NCBI GenBank assembly: GCA_048884925.1
Contig: JBHLQK010000003.1
Location: 1-42,838, forward strand
Direction of reading: 5' to 3'
DNA length: 42,838 nucleotides
Source of the DNA: Candidatus Thorarchaeota archaeon
Lineage (GTDB): Archaea; Asgardarchaeota; Thorarchaeia; Thorarchaeales; Thorarchaeaceae
The notes under the pieces were generated by a model. That model was not told the origin of the DNA. It searched no databases and worked only from the letters and a program-made list of their open reading frames with translations. Position 1 is the first letter of the stretch. Each line of letters starts with the position of its first letter. Shown here in pieces: positions 27,636 through 36,673 of the stretch. Position numbers and translations under genes: made by a program.

Positions 27636-28529
27636 TTAGCACCTGCTAATACCAGATTCCTTTAGGAGATAGTCGAGAACACTCTGCCAGATTTTCCCAT
27701 CCTCTCTCCATTTGTTCTCGAAATTGTTCATATTTACCCATTCTCTCAAAGCACTGGTAGCAGCTACTGAGAATTCTTCATCAACAGCATCCAATAAGCC
27801 CTGAGTTACAAGGGCTTGCTGAATCTTCAGCGAAATGTCACCCTCTATGCGATGTAGATTGCTAGGATCCTCTCTGTTCAGAAGTGTCATATCATAGAGA
27901 GCAAATATTCGTTCTAATTCTTCAATCGGTCTTGGATGGTCATCGACTCTGACATCAACATATCTGTCATTGCCACCCTCATAACCACCGTCTTTTCGTA
28001 CGACAAGTATTGCAGCAGACTGCATTCCTCTTCTGTCACCACCAGCTGCCTGACCAGCATTGAGTGCAGCAAATAGCCGATCTATCAAATCACCTTCTGT
28101 CTTCTCATACGCCTCAGCCATATCCTTGACTACTGTGTCACCTCCTAAGATGTTCCCTTGACAAGCATATCCATTTCCGACAATATGACCTGCCCACTCC
28201 ATGCATTCCTTCCCTGTGTGTGAAACGGCAAGACCTTTGGAATCAACAATTCCAACTTGTCGATGTTCAATCTTTTCATCATCCTTTAGCAGGGCTTTCA
28301 GGGTGTCTGATGCGCTCTTACCTTCGCCCAGAAGCTCCAGTCCCCTAGGTCCGTAGGACGTGTTTGCCCAAGCTTGAGTCGCTACCCCACCTGCTTCAGC
28401 CAATGCCCAAGGAACCACAGCACCTACAGCAGGAAACTTAGACTGTACAATAATCCCGATATCGCCATTTGAGGGATCTCGTGCAACAATAGAGAAAGTT
28501 GAAGGATAGCAATGCAATCTCACCAACAA
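27636..28529 (-). CDS. DUF1028 Ntn-hydrolase-family protein with C-terminal PG-binding-like domain
   Basis: TFSIVARD, VATQ, RQVG, QGNIL, GGDRRG.QSAA, DVRVDDH..PI.EL, NNFENK. Confidence 0.85.
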   Translation of the reverse strand: MLVRLHCYPSTFSIVARDPSNGDIGIIVQSKFPAVGAVVPWALAEAGGVATQAWANTSYGPRGLELLGEGKSASDTLKALLKDDEKIEHRQVGIVDSKGLAVSHTGKECMEWAGHIVGNGYACQGNILGGDTVVKDMAEAYEKTEGDLIDRLFAALNAGQAAGGDRRGMQSAAILVVRKDGGYEGGNDRYVDVRVDDHPRPIEELERIFALYDMTLLNREDPSNLHRIEGDISLKIQQALVTQGLLDAVDEEFSVAATSALREWVNMNNFENKWREDGKIWQSVLDYLLKESGISRC

Positions 28530-28673
28530 TTACCTCCACATGAGTGTCTGAAAAGAGAGGCCGCTCCTCTTTAGATAGTCGGTTCAAATAACAGGCAAAT
28601 CTTAAGAGAACGAAATCCTGAAGGGGGATGTATTAACACCAGGATGAACAAGATTTGGGGAAGTGCTCTCTCG

Positions 28674-29159
28674 ATGGTTGAAATCTATGTCTGGTACGTG
28701 AATTCAACTGGACAGGAGAAGAGCTATGGTGTCGAGGCCGACGAGAGATGCGTCAATCTTGACCTTCGCGATATGATTTCGGTAGACCTTCTTCCCCTCA
28801 TTTGGTGTCGGAATCTTGAAGATCTAAGCATTCGCAACAACAAACTCACAGAGATAGATCTTTCGCCGCTTTCAAAGTGCCCAAACCTTCAAGGTCTAAG
28901 ACTCAATAATAATCAGCTTGAGAAGCTGAATCTATCACCCCTCGCCGAGTGCTCTATGTTGGAAGAGCTAGCTATCCAAGCAAACAGGCTCAAACGAGTC
29001 GATATTTCTCCTCTGTTTCATTGTCATGCTCTTAAGGAACTGAAACATGATACGTCCGTTACACTTCTAGCAGACCTAACACTGAAATCTGTGGGCAGCT
29101 GGCCTGATGTGTTGATGGAGCGTTTTCACAGAATTCTGTGGACTCTTCCCTCAGAATAG
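28674..29159 (+). CDS. leucine-rich repeat protein
   Basis: About four 22-aa repeats LxxLxLxxNxLxxIDLSPLxxC; ORF can start at 28644. Confidence 0.85.
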   Translation: MVEIYVWYVNSTGQEKSYGVEADERCVNLDLRDMISVDLLPLIWCRNLEDLSIRNNKLTEIDLSPLSKCPNLQGLRLNNNQLEKLNLSPLAECSMLEELAIQANRLKRVDISPLFHCHALKELKHDTSVTLLADLTLKSVGSWPDVLMERFHRILWTLPSE

Positions 29160-29210
29160 AAAAAGGTGGACTCGGGACTATGCCCGAGCCCTGAAGTGGT
29201 CGAAAGACCA
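29160..29210 (-). terminator. double hairpin + U-tract
   Basis: Minus strand: UGGUC-UUUC-GACCA, then GGGCUCGGG-CAUAGU-CCCGAGUCC-ACCUUUUU. Confidence 0.6.
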
Positions 29211-29219
29211 TGTCTAGGT

Positions 29220-30194
29220 TCAACTGTTTCTGTATTTTACAGCAATGACAATTATTGCAAGCACACTGAAGCCACCTGCGAGAAGAACAAGTTGATTGTA
29301 GTCAATACCTAGGAAAGTCCAAGTTGTAGAGAGAGGGGAGATTCCAAGAATGGGGTCATAGTCTAACGTTTCATCTCCAAAGTACTCGAAGGCAATGAAG
29401 AGAGATTTGTGTTCTTGTGCCATGAAACCTTCGCCATGGGAGGCTCTCACTTGGACTTGATGGGACGCGTTACCTGCGAAAGCATTCTGGGCGTATTCCA
29501 TCCATGCATTGCCAAAGGAGAATTTAGCACCCTCTTGATCAATCCTTGAAACATCTCTTTCACTTATGTTATGGTTATGCTCGCTTTCACCTACAGTAAA
29601 CTGGAACACTAGAATCGAGTCTGTGTTGGTCCATTCCCAGCCAGATATTCTGAGATCGAACTTGAATTGGTCTGGAGTTGCCAAATAAAAGTGGATGCGA
29701 ATCTGAATCTCGACATCCATAGGATTTGTGTGACCCGGAATCCTGTGCATACCGGGCATGGTTACCATTCCTGAGCCATGATCATAGGTTTCAGTGGTCG
29801 TGAAATTGAAATGGAGTGCCGTTACCACATCATTCTGTTCCTCAGTTAGAAAGCCGCTGAAATCCCAATCAGCCATCGGCAGGGAGAAAGCAGCACCAAC
29901 AATTGCATCCACTCCACGATCAAAAATCAGGTCCTCATTTGAGTCATTCGCTTCAAATAACCTGTTGAACATGATGTGATAGTCAGTCCCGGGGTCTGTT
30001 TCATTCCACCATTGAAAGTGTGGCACCTCACCATTGGAAGTCACCCGGACGCCTATTTCACCGGTCGTTATGGAAACCACTCCCAATGATTCCTCAAACT
30101 GAAACATATGGTGATGCGGCTGAGCAGCTACAAATGGTACTGATGCTAATACTACCATAGTGGCCAAAGCTGCGAGTAATCTCTTGTCAATCAA
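29220..30194 (-). CDS. secreted, C-terminally membrane-anchored beta-rich protein (paralog A, His/Met-rich)
   Basis: Signal peptide ...VPFVAA; LFEANDSN, KFDLRISGWEW, LDYDPILG; C-terminal TM plus basic tail. Confidence 0.85.
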   Translation of the reverse strand: MIDKRLLAALATMVVLASVPFVAAQPHHHMFQFEESLGVVSITTGEIGVRVTSNGEVPHFQWWNETDPGTDYHIMFNRLFEANDSNEDLIFDRGVDAIVGAAFSLPMADWDFSGFLTEEQNDVVTALHFNFTTTETYDHGSGMVTMPGMHRIPGHTNPMDVEIQIRIHFYLATPDQFKFDLRISGWEWTNTDSILVFQFTVGESEHNHNISERDVSRIDQEGAKFSFGNAWMEYAQNAFAGNASHQVQVRASHGEGFMAQEHKSLFIAFEYFGDETLDYDPILGISPLSTTWTFLGIDYNQLVLLAGGFSVLAIIVIAVKYRNS

Positions 30195-30217
30195 TTATTT
30201 GCACCATGTATATGATT

Positions 30218-30281
30218 CATAAAATACGTATATAATAGTTCTATTCCAACGCTATGGAAACACGACTTCGAGAGTGCTCGA
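30218..30281 (-). promoter_or_regulatory. promoter with two palindromic operators and TATA box (copy A)
   Basis: TCGAG-N4-CTCGA-N8-TTCCAT-N9-ATAGAA-CTATTATATA; 51/64 identical to 32878-32941. Confidence 0.8.
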
Positions 30282-30295
30282 GGTCACTTGGACTT

Positions 30296-31171
30296 TTAAA
30301 TCAGTGCAGAACTGATAAGAGCGAGGAAGAGGATATTTAGATTGGTAACGATGAGTGTCACAATGGCAGCTCTAGAACTCCTGACGGCCTTTGCACGAGC
30401 CAATGCGATTGTCAGAATATAGGTACTCCATGAGATGATGCCGAATAGGAGGATAGTGAGAGGCCATCCACTGAGAATACCCAAAGCGGGAATAAAGTAC
30501 CACATTAGCTCCACGAGCATATGAGGCACAAACGCCATTGGGATTGATGCAAAGAGTCCTCTTGACAGGCCGCGTTTGCGAAGAATTGGAATTGAAAGGG
30601 CTTCTACAAGCAGGTATGTAGTGATCCATGCCATCAGCGCCGCCAAGATTGTGACACCAGTATCAAAGGTCCCCTGAAGGAAGAAGAGAAAGACAGGAAG
30701 TAGGTCTACTTCTGCCGCCAAGTAACCATAGAAACCAAGAAAGACTACAATCTCAAAGAAGAAACGCAATGGGTCAGACTGTATTCTCTTTACAATTGGC
30801 TTCATAGCCAATATTTCTAGCACGAGGTTTCTGGTTGTGCTTTCACTCTCACTTGTTGCTACGACTGCCTCTACTTGGTCCTCACTCTGCTGAATGATAT
30901 CGTATGCTGCCTGACCCAGCTCCGTCAGAGTATACAGCTTGTTTCCTGTACGTGATACTAAAGGGGCATCTGACTTACCTAGATTGTCCAGATGAAAATA
31001 CAATGTGCCTGGTTCCAGTCCTAGCTCTGTGAGATCTGTGTATGAAACTGCTCCCTGATCTCCAATCATGGAAATGATTTGACGTCTGATGGTATGTGAT
31101 AGAGCACTATACACATCATCCATTACGGAGTCTCTTTCTCGCAGAGTAATCCCTCGAGCTGATTTCTTCAT
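30296..31171 (-). CDS. ArsR-like wHTH fused to Yip1-like membrane domain
   Basis: ALSHTIRRQII, GTLYFHL, YTLTELGQ, then about 5 TM helices. Confidence 0.8.
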   Translation of the reverse strand: MKKSARGITLRERDSVMDDVYSALSHTIRRQIISMIGDQGAVSYTDLTELGLEPGTLYFHLDNLGKSDAPLVSRTGNKLYTLTELGQAAYDIIQQSEDQVEAVVATSESESTTRNLVLEILAMKPIVKRIQSDPLRFFFEIVVFLGFYGYLAAEVDLLPVFLFFLQGTFDTGVTILAALMAWITTYLLVEALSIPILRKRGLSRGLFASIPMAFVPHMLVELMWYFIPALGILSGWPLTILLFGIISWSTYILTIALARAKAVRSSRAAIVTLIVTNLNILFLALISSALI

Positions 31172-31193
31172 CTGAACTCAAGAAAAGGCGCAC

Positions 31194-31976
31194 TTATTCA
31201 TTTCCCTGCTTTCTTCTTGCGCTCACTACTAGATTCCTGGACTTTTTTGGCTCAAATTCATTCTTGTGGTAATCTGAGAAAAACTCCAAGTTCTCAAAAC
31301 CAGTTTTGGTGAGGATATTCTTTAGTGCGTTGAGATTAGTATGTAAAGCACGTTGGGTTGAGATTGCGGTTTCCCAATCTCTACCCTTCTTCACAAAAGA
31401 GGTTGCAACCAGTGTTGACCAAGACCTATCACTATGCTCATAGAATCTTGAGAACACAACGTCCTCACCAACAGATGTCTTCCCACCCTTAATTGGAAAA
31501 AACCTAAATCCAGAGATCAGGATTTCCTCGAAGTTCAGTACTTGGAATATGAATGAACCAGAAGGGCTCAATACCTCATAAACAGCCTCTATGACATCCT
31601 GTAACGCCTCAAAGCTGGGAAGTAATGCTAGAGAATTGCCAAGGCAGAGCACAACGTCAAAAGGACCATCTACCTTGAAAGAGAAACCTTGCATATCAGA
31701 AATATGGAACTCAACCATAACTCCTGCATTCTTGGCATGTTTTCGGGCCGCATCTATCATGCCTTCGCTATGGTCGAAGCCAACTACATGAAAACCAAGA
31801 GAGCCAAGGGCGACAGCATGGCGTCCAGAACCACATGCCATATCAAGCACTCTGTCTGCCTTGAATTCATTCATGTACATTTGCAGGAATGGCAGCTCTC
31901 GGTTGAGCCTTGACTCCCAATCAATTGAATTGTCATATGCCAATGCCAATTCGTCAAAGGACTTCATCTCTGTCAA
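31194..31976 (-). CDS. class I SAM-dependent methyltransferase (glycine/sarcosine N-methyltransferase-like)
   Basis: VLDMACGSGRH, GFD.S..M, FDVVLCLGNSL, L.PSG. Confidence 0.9.
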   Translation of the reverse strand: MTEMKSFDELALAYDNSIDWESRLNRELPFLQMYMNEFKADRVLDMACGSGRHAVALGSLGFHVVGFDHSEGMIDAARKHAKNAGVMVEFHISDMQGFSFKVDGPFDVVLCLGNSLALLPSFEALQDVIEAVYEVLSPSGSFIFQVLNFEEILISGFRFFPIKGGKTSVGEDVVFSRFYEHSDRSWSTLVATSFVKKGRDWETAISTQRALHTNLNALKNILTKTGFENLEFFSDYHKNEFEPKKSRNLVVSARRKQGNE

Positions 31977-32788
31977 CCCCGAGATTGGAATGGATCTACT
32001 TCGTCTTGTGAGAATAGAACACGCCCCTCCATTCCACCTGCTACATTTATTGTCTGACCACTCACATGACCAGATAGTCTGTCTGAGGCAAGATATAGGA
32101 TGGTATTAGCGATGTCTTCAACTAGAGCGACTTTTCGCAGTGGAACGGTCTGCAGAATTCTTCGAACCATGTCGTTATCATCGAGGGCTTCTTCTGCCAT
32201 TGGCGTCATGGTCCATCCTGGATTCACCAAGTTCACTCTTCCCTTCCGTGCCAAATGAACTATCTCATTCTTTAGACTGAGCATTAGCCCTTGAAGTCCA
32301 GCCTTGGAGGCGGAATAATCACAATACCAAGCTTCGCCAAAATACCCAGCAGTCGATCCGATTAGTATCAATGAGGCATGGGTTCCAGGATTCGCTTCAA
32401 GATTCGCGAAGAAGTGTTTTGAACAGAGAAAGGTGCCTGTGAGATTAACAGCCAAAGTCTTCTCCCACTGCTCAATACTCATCTCATGTATAGCTTTGCC
32501 AACATGATTGGCGATACCAGCGTTTGCAACAAGAACATCCACTCTACCAAACACTTCATTGGCTCTGCGAAAGACTTCCTTAACATCGGTTTCCTTGCGA
32601 ATATCAGAATGTACAATGCTAAGCCTCCCAGACCATTTCTCTAGAAGGTCTGTCAGCCCTCGTTCAGAGGTTCGATATGTCGCGGTCACCAAAGCCTCTT
32701 CCTCTAATAATGTTCTAGTCGCCTCGAGTCCAATGCCCCCGGACCCACCTGTTATAACCACATGTCGATCCTTCAGATCCGTTTCCAT
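31973..32788 (-). CDS. short-chain dehydrogenase/reductase
   Basis: ITGGSGGIG, VANAGI, GSTAG, YSASK, RVNLVNPGW, GQTINVAGG; start probably ATG 32788 (ORF extends to 32905). Confidence 0.9.
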   Translation of the reverse strand: METDLKDRHVVITGGSGGIGLEATRTLLEEEALVTATYRTSERGLTDLLEKWSGRLSIVHSDIRKETDVKEVFRRANEVFGRVDVLVANAGIANHVGKAIHEMSIEQWEKTLAVNLTGTFLCSKHFFANLEANPGTHASLILIGSTAGYFGEAWYCDYSASKAGLQGLMLSLKNEIVHLARKGRVNLVNPGWTMTPMAEEALDDNDMVRRILQTVPLRKVALVEDIANTILYLASDRLSGHVSGQTINVAGGMEGRVLFSQDEVDPFQSRG

Positions 32789-32877
32789 GGAGCTAGCCCC
32801 TTTTGCAATAGTCGATATGACAGACATTCTTTTCCCTTTCAAGGCTTCTGACTCAAAAACTGGTGCTCGAATTGGAT

Positions 32878-32941
32878 TCGAGAATTCTCGAAGTGATATT
32901 TCCATAGATATCGAATGGAACTATTATATATCTATTTGATG
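32878..32941 (+). promoter_or_regulatory. promoter with two palindromic operators and TATA box (copy B)
   Basis: TCGAG-N4-CTCGA-N8-TTCCAT-N9-ATGGAA-CTATTATATA; overlaps the perfect 16-mer TTCGAGAATTCTCGAA (32877-32892). Confidence 0.8.
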
Positions 32942-32961
32942 TAATCTATCTTGGTGATTAG

Positions 32962-33924
32962 ATGATCACAGAGCGCAGAACACTAATGTTTACGTTAACT
33001 CTGATGGCGCTACTGGCTTCAGTGCCATTCGTTGCCGCTCAGAGTACAGGAATACAGTATCAGCACGCTAACGGTGTTGTGACTCTCACTACTGATGATA
33101 TTGGGATCAAGGTGAGTGCATTAAATAATGTACCTCATTTCCAGTTCTGGGATGAGAGCGATGATACGCCCGGAGCAGACTACCATGTCACTTTCAGTAA
33201 GCTGTTTGAGGCGAATGACACCAATGGAAATGGTGCATATGATGCAGGTGTAGACCACCGCTACGGAGACCCCTATACACTTCCAACAGACGACTGGGAG
33301 TTTAGCGGATTTGCAACTGAGGAGGAAGGTGATGTTGTGACTGAAGTGCACTTCAACTTCACCAATGAAGACACATTCGTGCCTCCCACACCAACGGCAT
33401 TGGCTGAAATTCCAATCTCCATGGATCTTGAGATTGAGATTCGGGTTCACATCAACCTGACTAACTCGAATGAGATGAAGTTCGATATCAGGCTAGAGGG
33501 ATGGGAATGGGCATACACAGACTCGATACTAGTGTTCCAGTTCACTGTTGCTGATAGCGAGCATGGTCAACAGGACGGAACCGGAGAGCCGGCAGACTTT
33601 GAACAAGATACCTCTGGCTATCGCTTTGAGTTTGGTGATGCCTACATGGAGTGTGCGGAGTTTGCATTCGCAGACAACTCAACTATTGAGCCTCATCAGG
33701 TTCAAATGAGAGCTACTCATGGTCAAGCCGAACAGGGTTCTATAGGCAAGTCGGTATACCTTGCATTCGAGTACTTCGGTAATGAGACACTCGACTATGA
33801 CCCAACTCTTGGTGTGCTCTCTGCTGATGGACTTCTACCACTGGGCAGTGAGATATTGCTCATTGGTGGGGCAGCAGTTGCACTTCTCGTTGTAATTGCA
33901 CTCGTCGTAAAGACCAGACGATAG
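32962..33924 (+). CDS. secreted, C-terminally membrane-anchored beta-rich protein (paralog B, acidic)
   Basis: Signal peptide ...VPFVAA; LFEANDTNGNGAYD, KFDIRLEGWEW, LDYDPTLG; TM plus KTRR. Confidence 0.85.
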   Translation: MITERRTLMFTLTLMALLASVPFVAAQSTGIQYQHANGVVTLTTDDIGIKVSALNNVPHFQFWDESDDTPGADYHVTFSKLFEANDTNGNGAYDAGVDHRYGDPYTLPTDDWEFSGFATEEEGDVVTEVHFNFTNEDTFVPPTPTALAEIPISMDLEIEIRVHINLTNSNEMKFDIRLEGWEWAYTDSILVFQFTVADSEHGQQDGTGEPADFEQDTSGYRFEFGDAYMECAEFAFADNSTIEPHQVQMRATHGQAEQGSIGKSVYLAFEYFGNETLDYDPTLGVLSADGLLPLGSEILLIGGAAVALLVVIALVVKTRR

Positions 33925-33992
33925 GTCGGAACCTAATCTCTCCATGGGTGAGTGCAGGCCCCGCTCGACTTGCGGGGCCATCTTCTTTTTTT
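33922..33992 (+). terminator. double hairpin + U-tract
   Basis: TAGGT-CGGA-ACCTA, then GGCCCCGC-TCGACTT-GCGGGGCC-ATCTTCTTTTTTT. Confidence 0.7.
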
Positions 33993-33993
33993 A

Positions 33994-34284
33994 TCATCTC
34001 ACTGCTAGAATCAATGACAATTGGACAGCAACCATGGAATCAGGCCCATATTTTGTGACCATTTCTTTAGCGACCTCAATATTTGGACCGTAGAGGCATT
34101 TCCGCATGTCTTGTAGGTCTGGAACACGCCTGAGCAGACGAAGTCTGGAAAGTCGCTTGATAGCTGAGCTGACTGTTCGGGGAGGTAGTTTGGTCGTACT
34201 CGTGATCTCCTTTGGACTCATAGGTCCGCTTCTTGCCAGACTACGCAAAACAACCAATGCACTACCAGGAAGCTGCAATGCCAT
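33994..34284 (-). CDS. MarR-like winged-helix protein
   Basis: GPMSPKEI..LPPRTVSSAI..L..RVPDLQDMR..LY; start overlaps upstream stop (TAATG). Confidence 0.8.
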   Translation of the reverse strand: MALQLPGSALVVLRSLARSGPMSPKEITSTTKLPPRTVSSAIKRLSRLRLLRRVPDLQDMRKCLYGPNIEVAKEMVTKYGPDSMVAVQLSLILAVR

Positions 34285-35765
34285 TAGGATGACCTCCTTC
34301 GATACAGAATTACTACAACTGCAATCACAATGACTAGTCCTGAAACAACCACTATTTGCACAGTGATGTCTGTATCATGAAGGGCAGCTTCTAATGTGTC
34401 AGCTGCTGCATCCCATGCGTCTGATATCGCTGTGAGATGGTCACGTATGTCCTCAATATCTTGCTCGTAGAATTCAATCGCAGCCTCAAGGTCATCAGTT
34501 TCGTTGTAGAGATTTGCAATATTGGTGAGTGTTTGAGTCAGAATTGTACCATTCACTGAGTAGTATGGGTCAATCAAGCTCGCATTCTCACTTAGCAATG
34601 CCAAGTGTGACACTGCCAGACTAGCAGATTCCAAAAATGCCTCTAAATCCAAGTCTGCGAGGATGCGTGGTAATGTCTTGAGACTCTCGCGATAGGATAA
34701 GTATTGCAGTGTGATGCCCATTTCTATCTGTAGTCCCGTAATGATCAATGTGTAGTATCGATCATATTTGTTAAGACTCACATCATCTAGATAGGCGATT
34801 ATTGATTCCTTTGTAAGGTCATAGCTAAGGCCTCTAAAGGCATCTGCGCCGAAGTTGGCGTAGAAGACATTCTCTAGCCCCTCGCCATAGGATGAGCGGA
34901 CGCCTCTCAGTCTCTCACAGATGTATGATGCAAGCATAGATTCAAAATCATCTGGAGGACCACTACCGGTCTGAACCACTACAGACCCATAGCCCATGTA
35001 TTTCATTGCATTTTGCAAAGTGCTGTAGTTTACTGAGTATAACCACCGACCATCATCAGGGAATCCAAAGTTCTCACCGAAAGCTCCAACTCCCGGATCC
35101 ATGATTATAACCTCACTTGCTGTGTCATTGTATCCAATGCATAGAACTGCATGCCCTGAGCCTGTATCCACTGATTGTATTCCCATGGTTCTCGCAAAAT
35201 CATAGTCCGAGGGGGGAAGGTAATATGGATCGGTCCAAATAGCTAAGGGATAGCCATCATCAACCGTGGTTCGTATCAAATCCAGAGTGCCAGTCCAGCC
35301 TTCGATGTCCGTATAGTTCAATCCCCAAGCTGCCATAGCTGGACCATATGCTATGCCAATTCCTATATCATCATCCATGTAGATGTCGATGTTTAGACCG
35401 TAAAGATTGGCTATTGTAGGCAAAGGTTCCATTTGTCGAAGCATAGCACCCGGCAGAAACACCGCCAAGTCTTCATAACGGATGTAACCCGCTGAGAAGC
35501 CGATCCCGGAAGCTGCGAAGAGATTGTGAAGTTCCAGCGGTGCTCCTGCATGCCGTAGTGCCATTGAGAGTGCTGACCATTGACAGAAGCCATTGATCTC
35601 CTGCCACTGGTATGGTACTCCTGATATGTGACCATAACCCTCACTTGCAGGTTGGTAGCCAGGGCTAGAGATAACTAGCCCCGGCTCGGAGATAGAAGAA
35701 GGAAGCTGCATTACAGTTACGCATAATGCTGCAGCGATTATAATCGCGATGTAATTTTTGTTCAA
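34284..35765 (-). CDS. membrane-anchored papain-like (C39/BtrH-like) cysteine peptidase domain protein
   Basis: VPYQWQEINGFCQW (Gln/Cys), GHAVLCIGYN (His), IMDPG (Asp); N-terminal signal, C-terminal TM plus RRR; start probably TTG 35765. Confidence 0.75.
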   Translation of the reverse strand: MNKNYIAIIIAAALCVTVMQLPSSISEPGLVISSPGYQPASEGYGHISGVPYQWQEINGFCQWSALSMALRHAGAPLELHNLFAASGIGFSAGYIRYEDLAVFLPGAMLRQMEPLPTIANLYGLNIDIYMDDDIGIGIAYGPAMAAWGLNYTDIEGWTGTLDLIRTTVDDGYPLAIWTDPYYLPPSDYDFARTMGIQSVDTGSGHAVLCIGYNDTASEVIIMDPGVGAFGENFGFPDDGRWLYSVNYSTLQNAMKYMGYGSVVVQTGSGPPDDFESMLASYICERLRGVRSSYGEGLENVFYANFGADAFRGLSYDLTKESIIAYLDDVSLNKYDRYYTLIITGLQIEMGITLQYLSYRESLKTLPRILADLDLEAFLESASLAVSHLALLSENASLIDPYYSVNGTILTQTLTNIANLYNETDDLEAAIEFYEQDIEDIRDHLTAISDAWDAAADTLEAALHDTDITVQIVVVSGLVIVIAVVVILYRRRSS

Positions 35766-35896
35766 CCCTGTTACTACCCCCTCTTGGCGGAGGCTAAGAC
35801 GGAATAATCTCGGCTGTACTTCCATCTGAACACTCGCGAAAGAGTGCTCTCCGGCTTTGCCTTTTCAGTTGTGTATTTTCTCCTCCCCAACCACCG

Positions 35897-36673
35897 TCAC
35901 CTCCAAGCTAGTAGCTTGCTCCTATCGATTTGACCTCCAACAATCTTGAGATATGCATCCTCAAGGTCCTTGGTTCCTGTGGAAGCCACAATCTCTTCAG
36001 GCGACCCGACAGTCACCAAGACTCCATCGTTGATTATACCTACAACGTCACACACGTCCTCTGCGAAGGAGGTTTGGTGTGTGCAGATGAAGAATGTGGT
36101 TTCAGTTTCTTCAGCAAGTGCATGGATTAGGTCCTTGACAAGCGCTCCCGCACTAGGGTCAAGTCTAGATGTCGGTTCATCTAAGAAGACAAGTCTTGGT
36201 TCATGGAGTATTGTAGACGCGACCAATACCTTCTGTTTCATTCCACTGGAGTAGGTGTCAAGGAGGTCATCCTGACGTCCTTCCAGTCCCAACATAGCTA
36301 GCAGGCTGTCAATACGCCTCCGTAGAGATTCACCCTGAAGATTGTTCAGTGCTCCTATGAACTCAAGGAACTCAATCGCGGATAGTTTGGAGTAGAGACC
36401 TGGGGTTTCGGGCAGGAGACCAGTCATAGACTTGATCTCTCCCGCCTTCTGGACTATGTCCTTCCCTAGTACAGTTGCAGAGCCGCTCGTGGGCTTCATC
36501 AGTCCAGAGAGCATCCGCACTGTGGTCGTCTTTCCTGCACCATTGGGCCCCAGGAAGCCGAAACGACCTCCCGAGGCAACCTCTAGGTTGAGGTTTCTGA
36601 CTGCATGTATAGGACCAAAGGTCTTGTTGAGCCCCAAGGTCTTGATGGAGATGCCGTTGCTACTCATTGGCAC
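35897..36673 (-). CDS. ABC transporter ATP-binding protein (exporter type)
   Basis: GPNGAGKTT, YSSGMKQK, FLDEPT, CTH. Confidence 0.95.
   Translation of the reverse strand: MPMSSNGISIKTLGLNKTFGPIHAVRNLNLEVASGGRFGFLGPNGAGKTTTVRMLSGLMKPTSGSATVLGKDIVQKAGEIKSMTGLLPETPGLYSKLSAIEFLEFIGALNNLQGESLRRRIDSLLAMLGLEGRQDDLLDTYSSGMKQKVLVASTILHEPRLVFLDEPTSRLDPSAGALVKDLIHALAEETETTFFICTHQTSFAEDVCDVVGIINDGVLVTVGSPEEIVASTGTKDLEDAYLKIVGGQIDRSKLLAWR

Noticed and set aside
32877-32892. Eukaryotic heat-shock element
   Set aside because: The TTCnnGAA units lack the 2-nt spacing of an nGAAn array, and copy A conserves TCGAG-N4-CTCGA instead
29220-33924. Invertible segment or transposon bounded by the inverted paralogs
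   Set aside because: No recombinase or transposase and no target duplication; repeats are only about 80% identical over 64 bp, and inversion would leave promoter-gene logic unchanged
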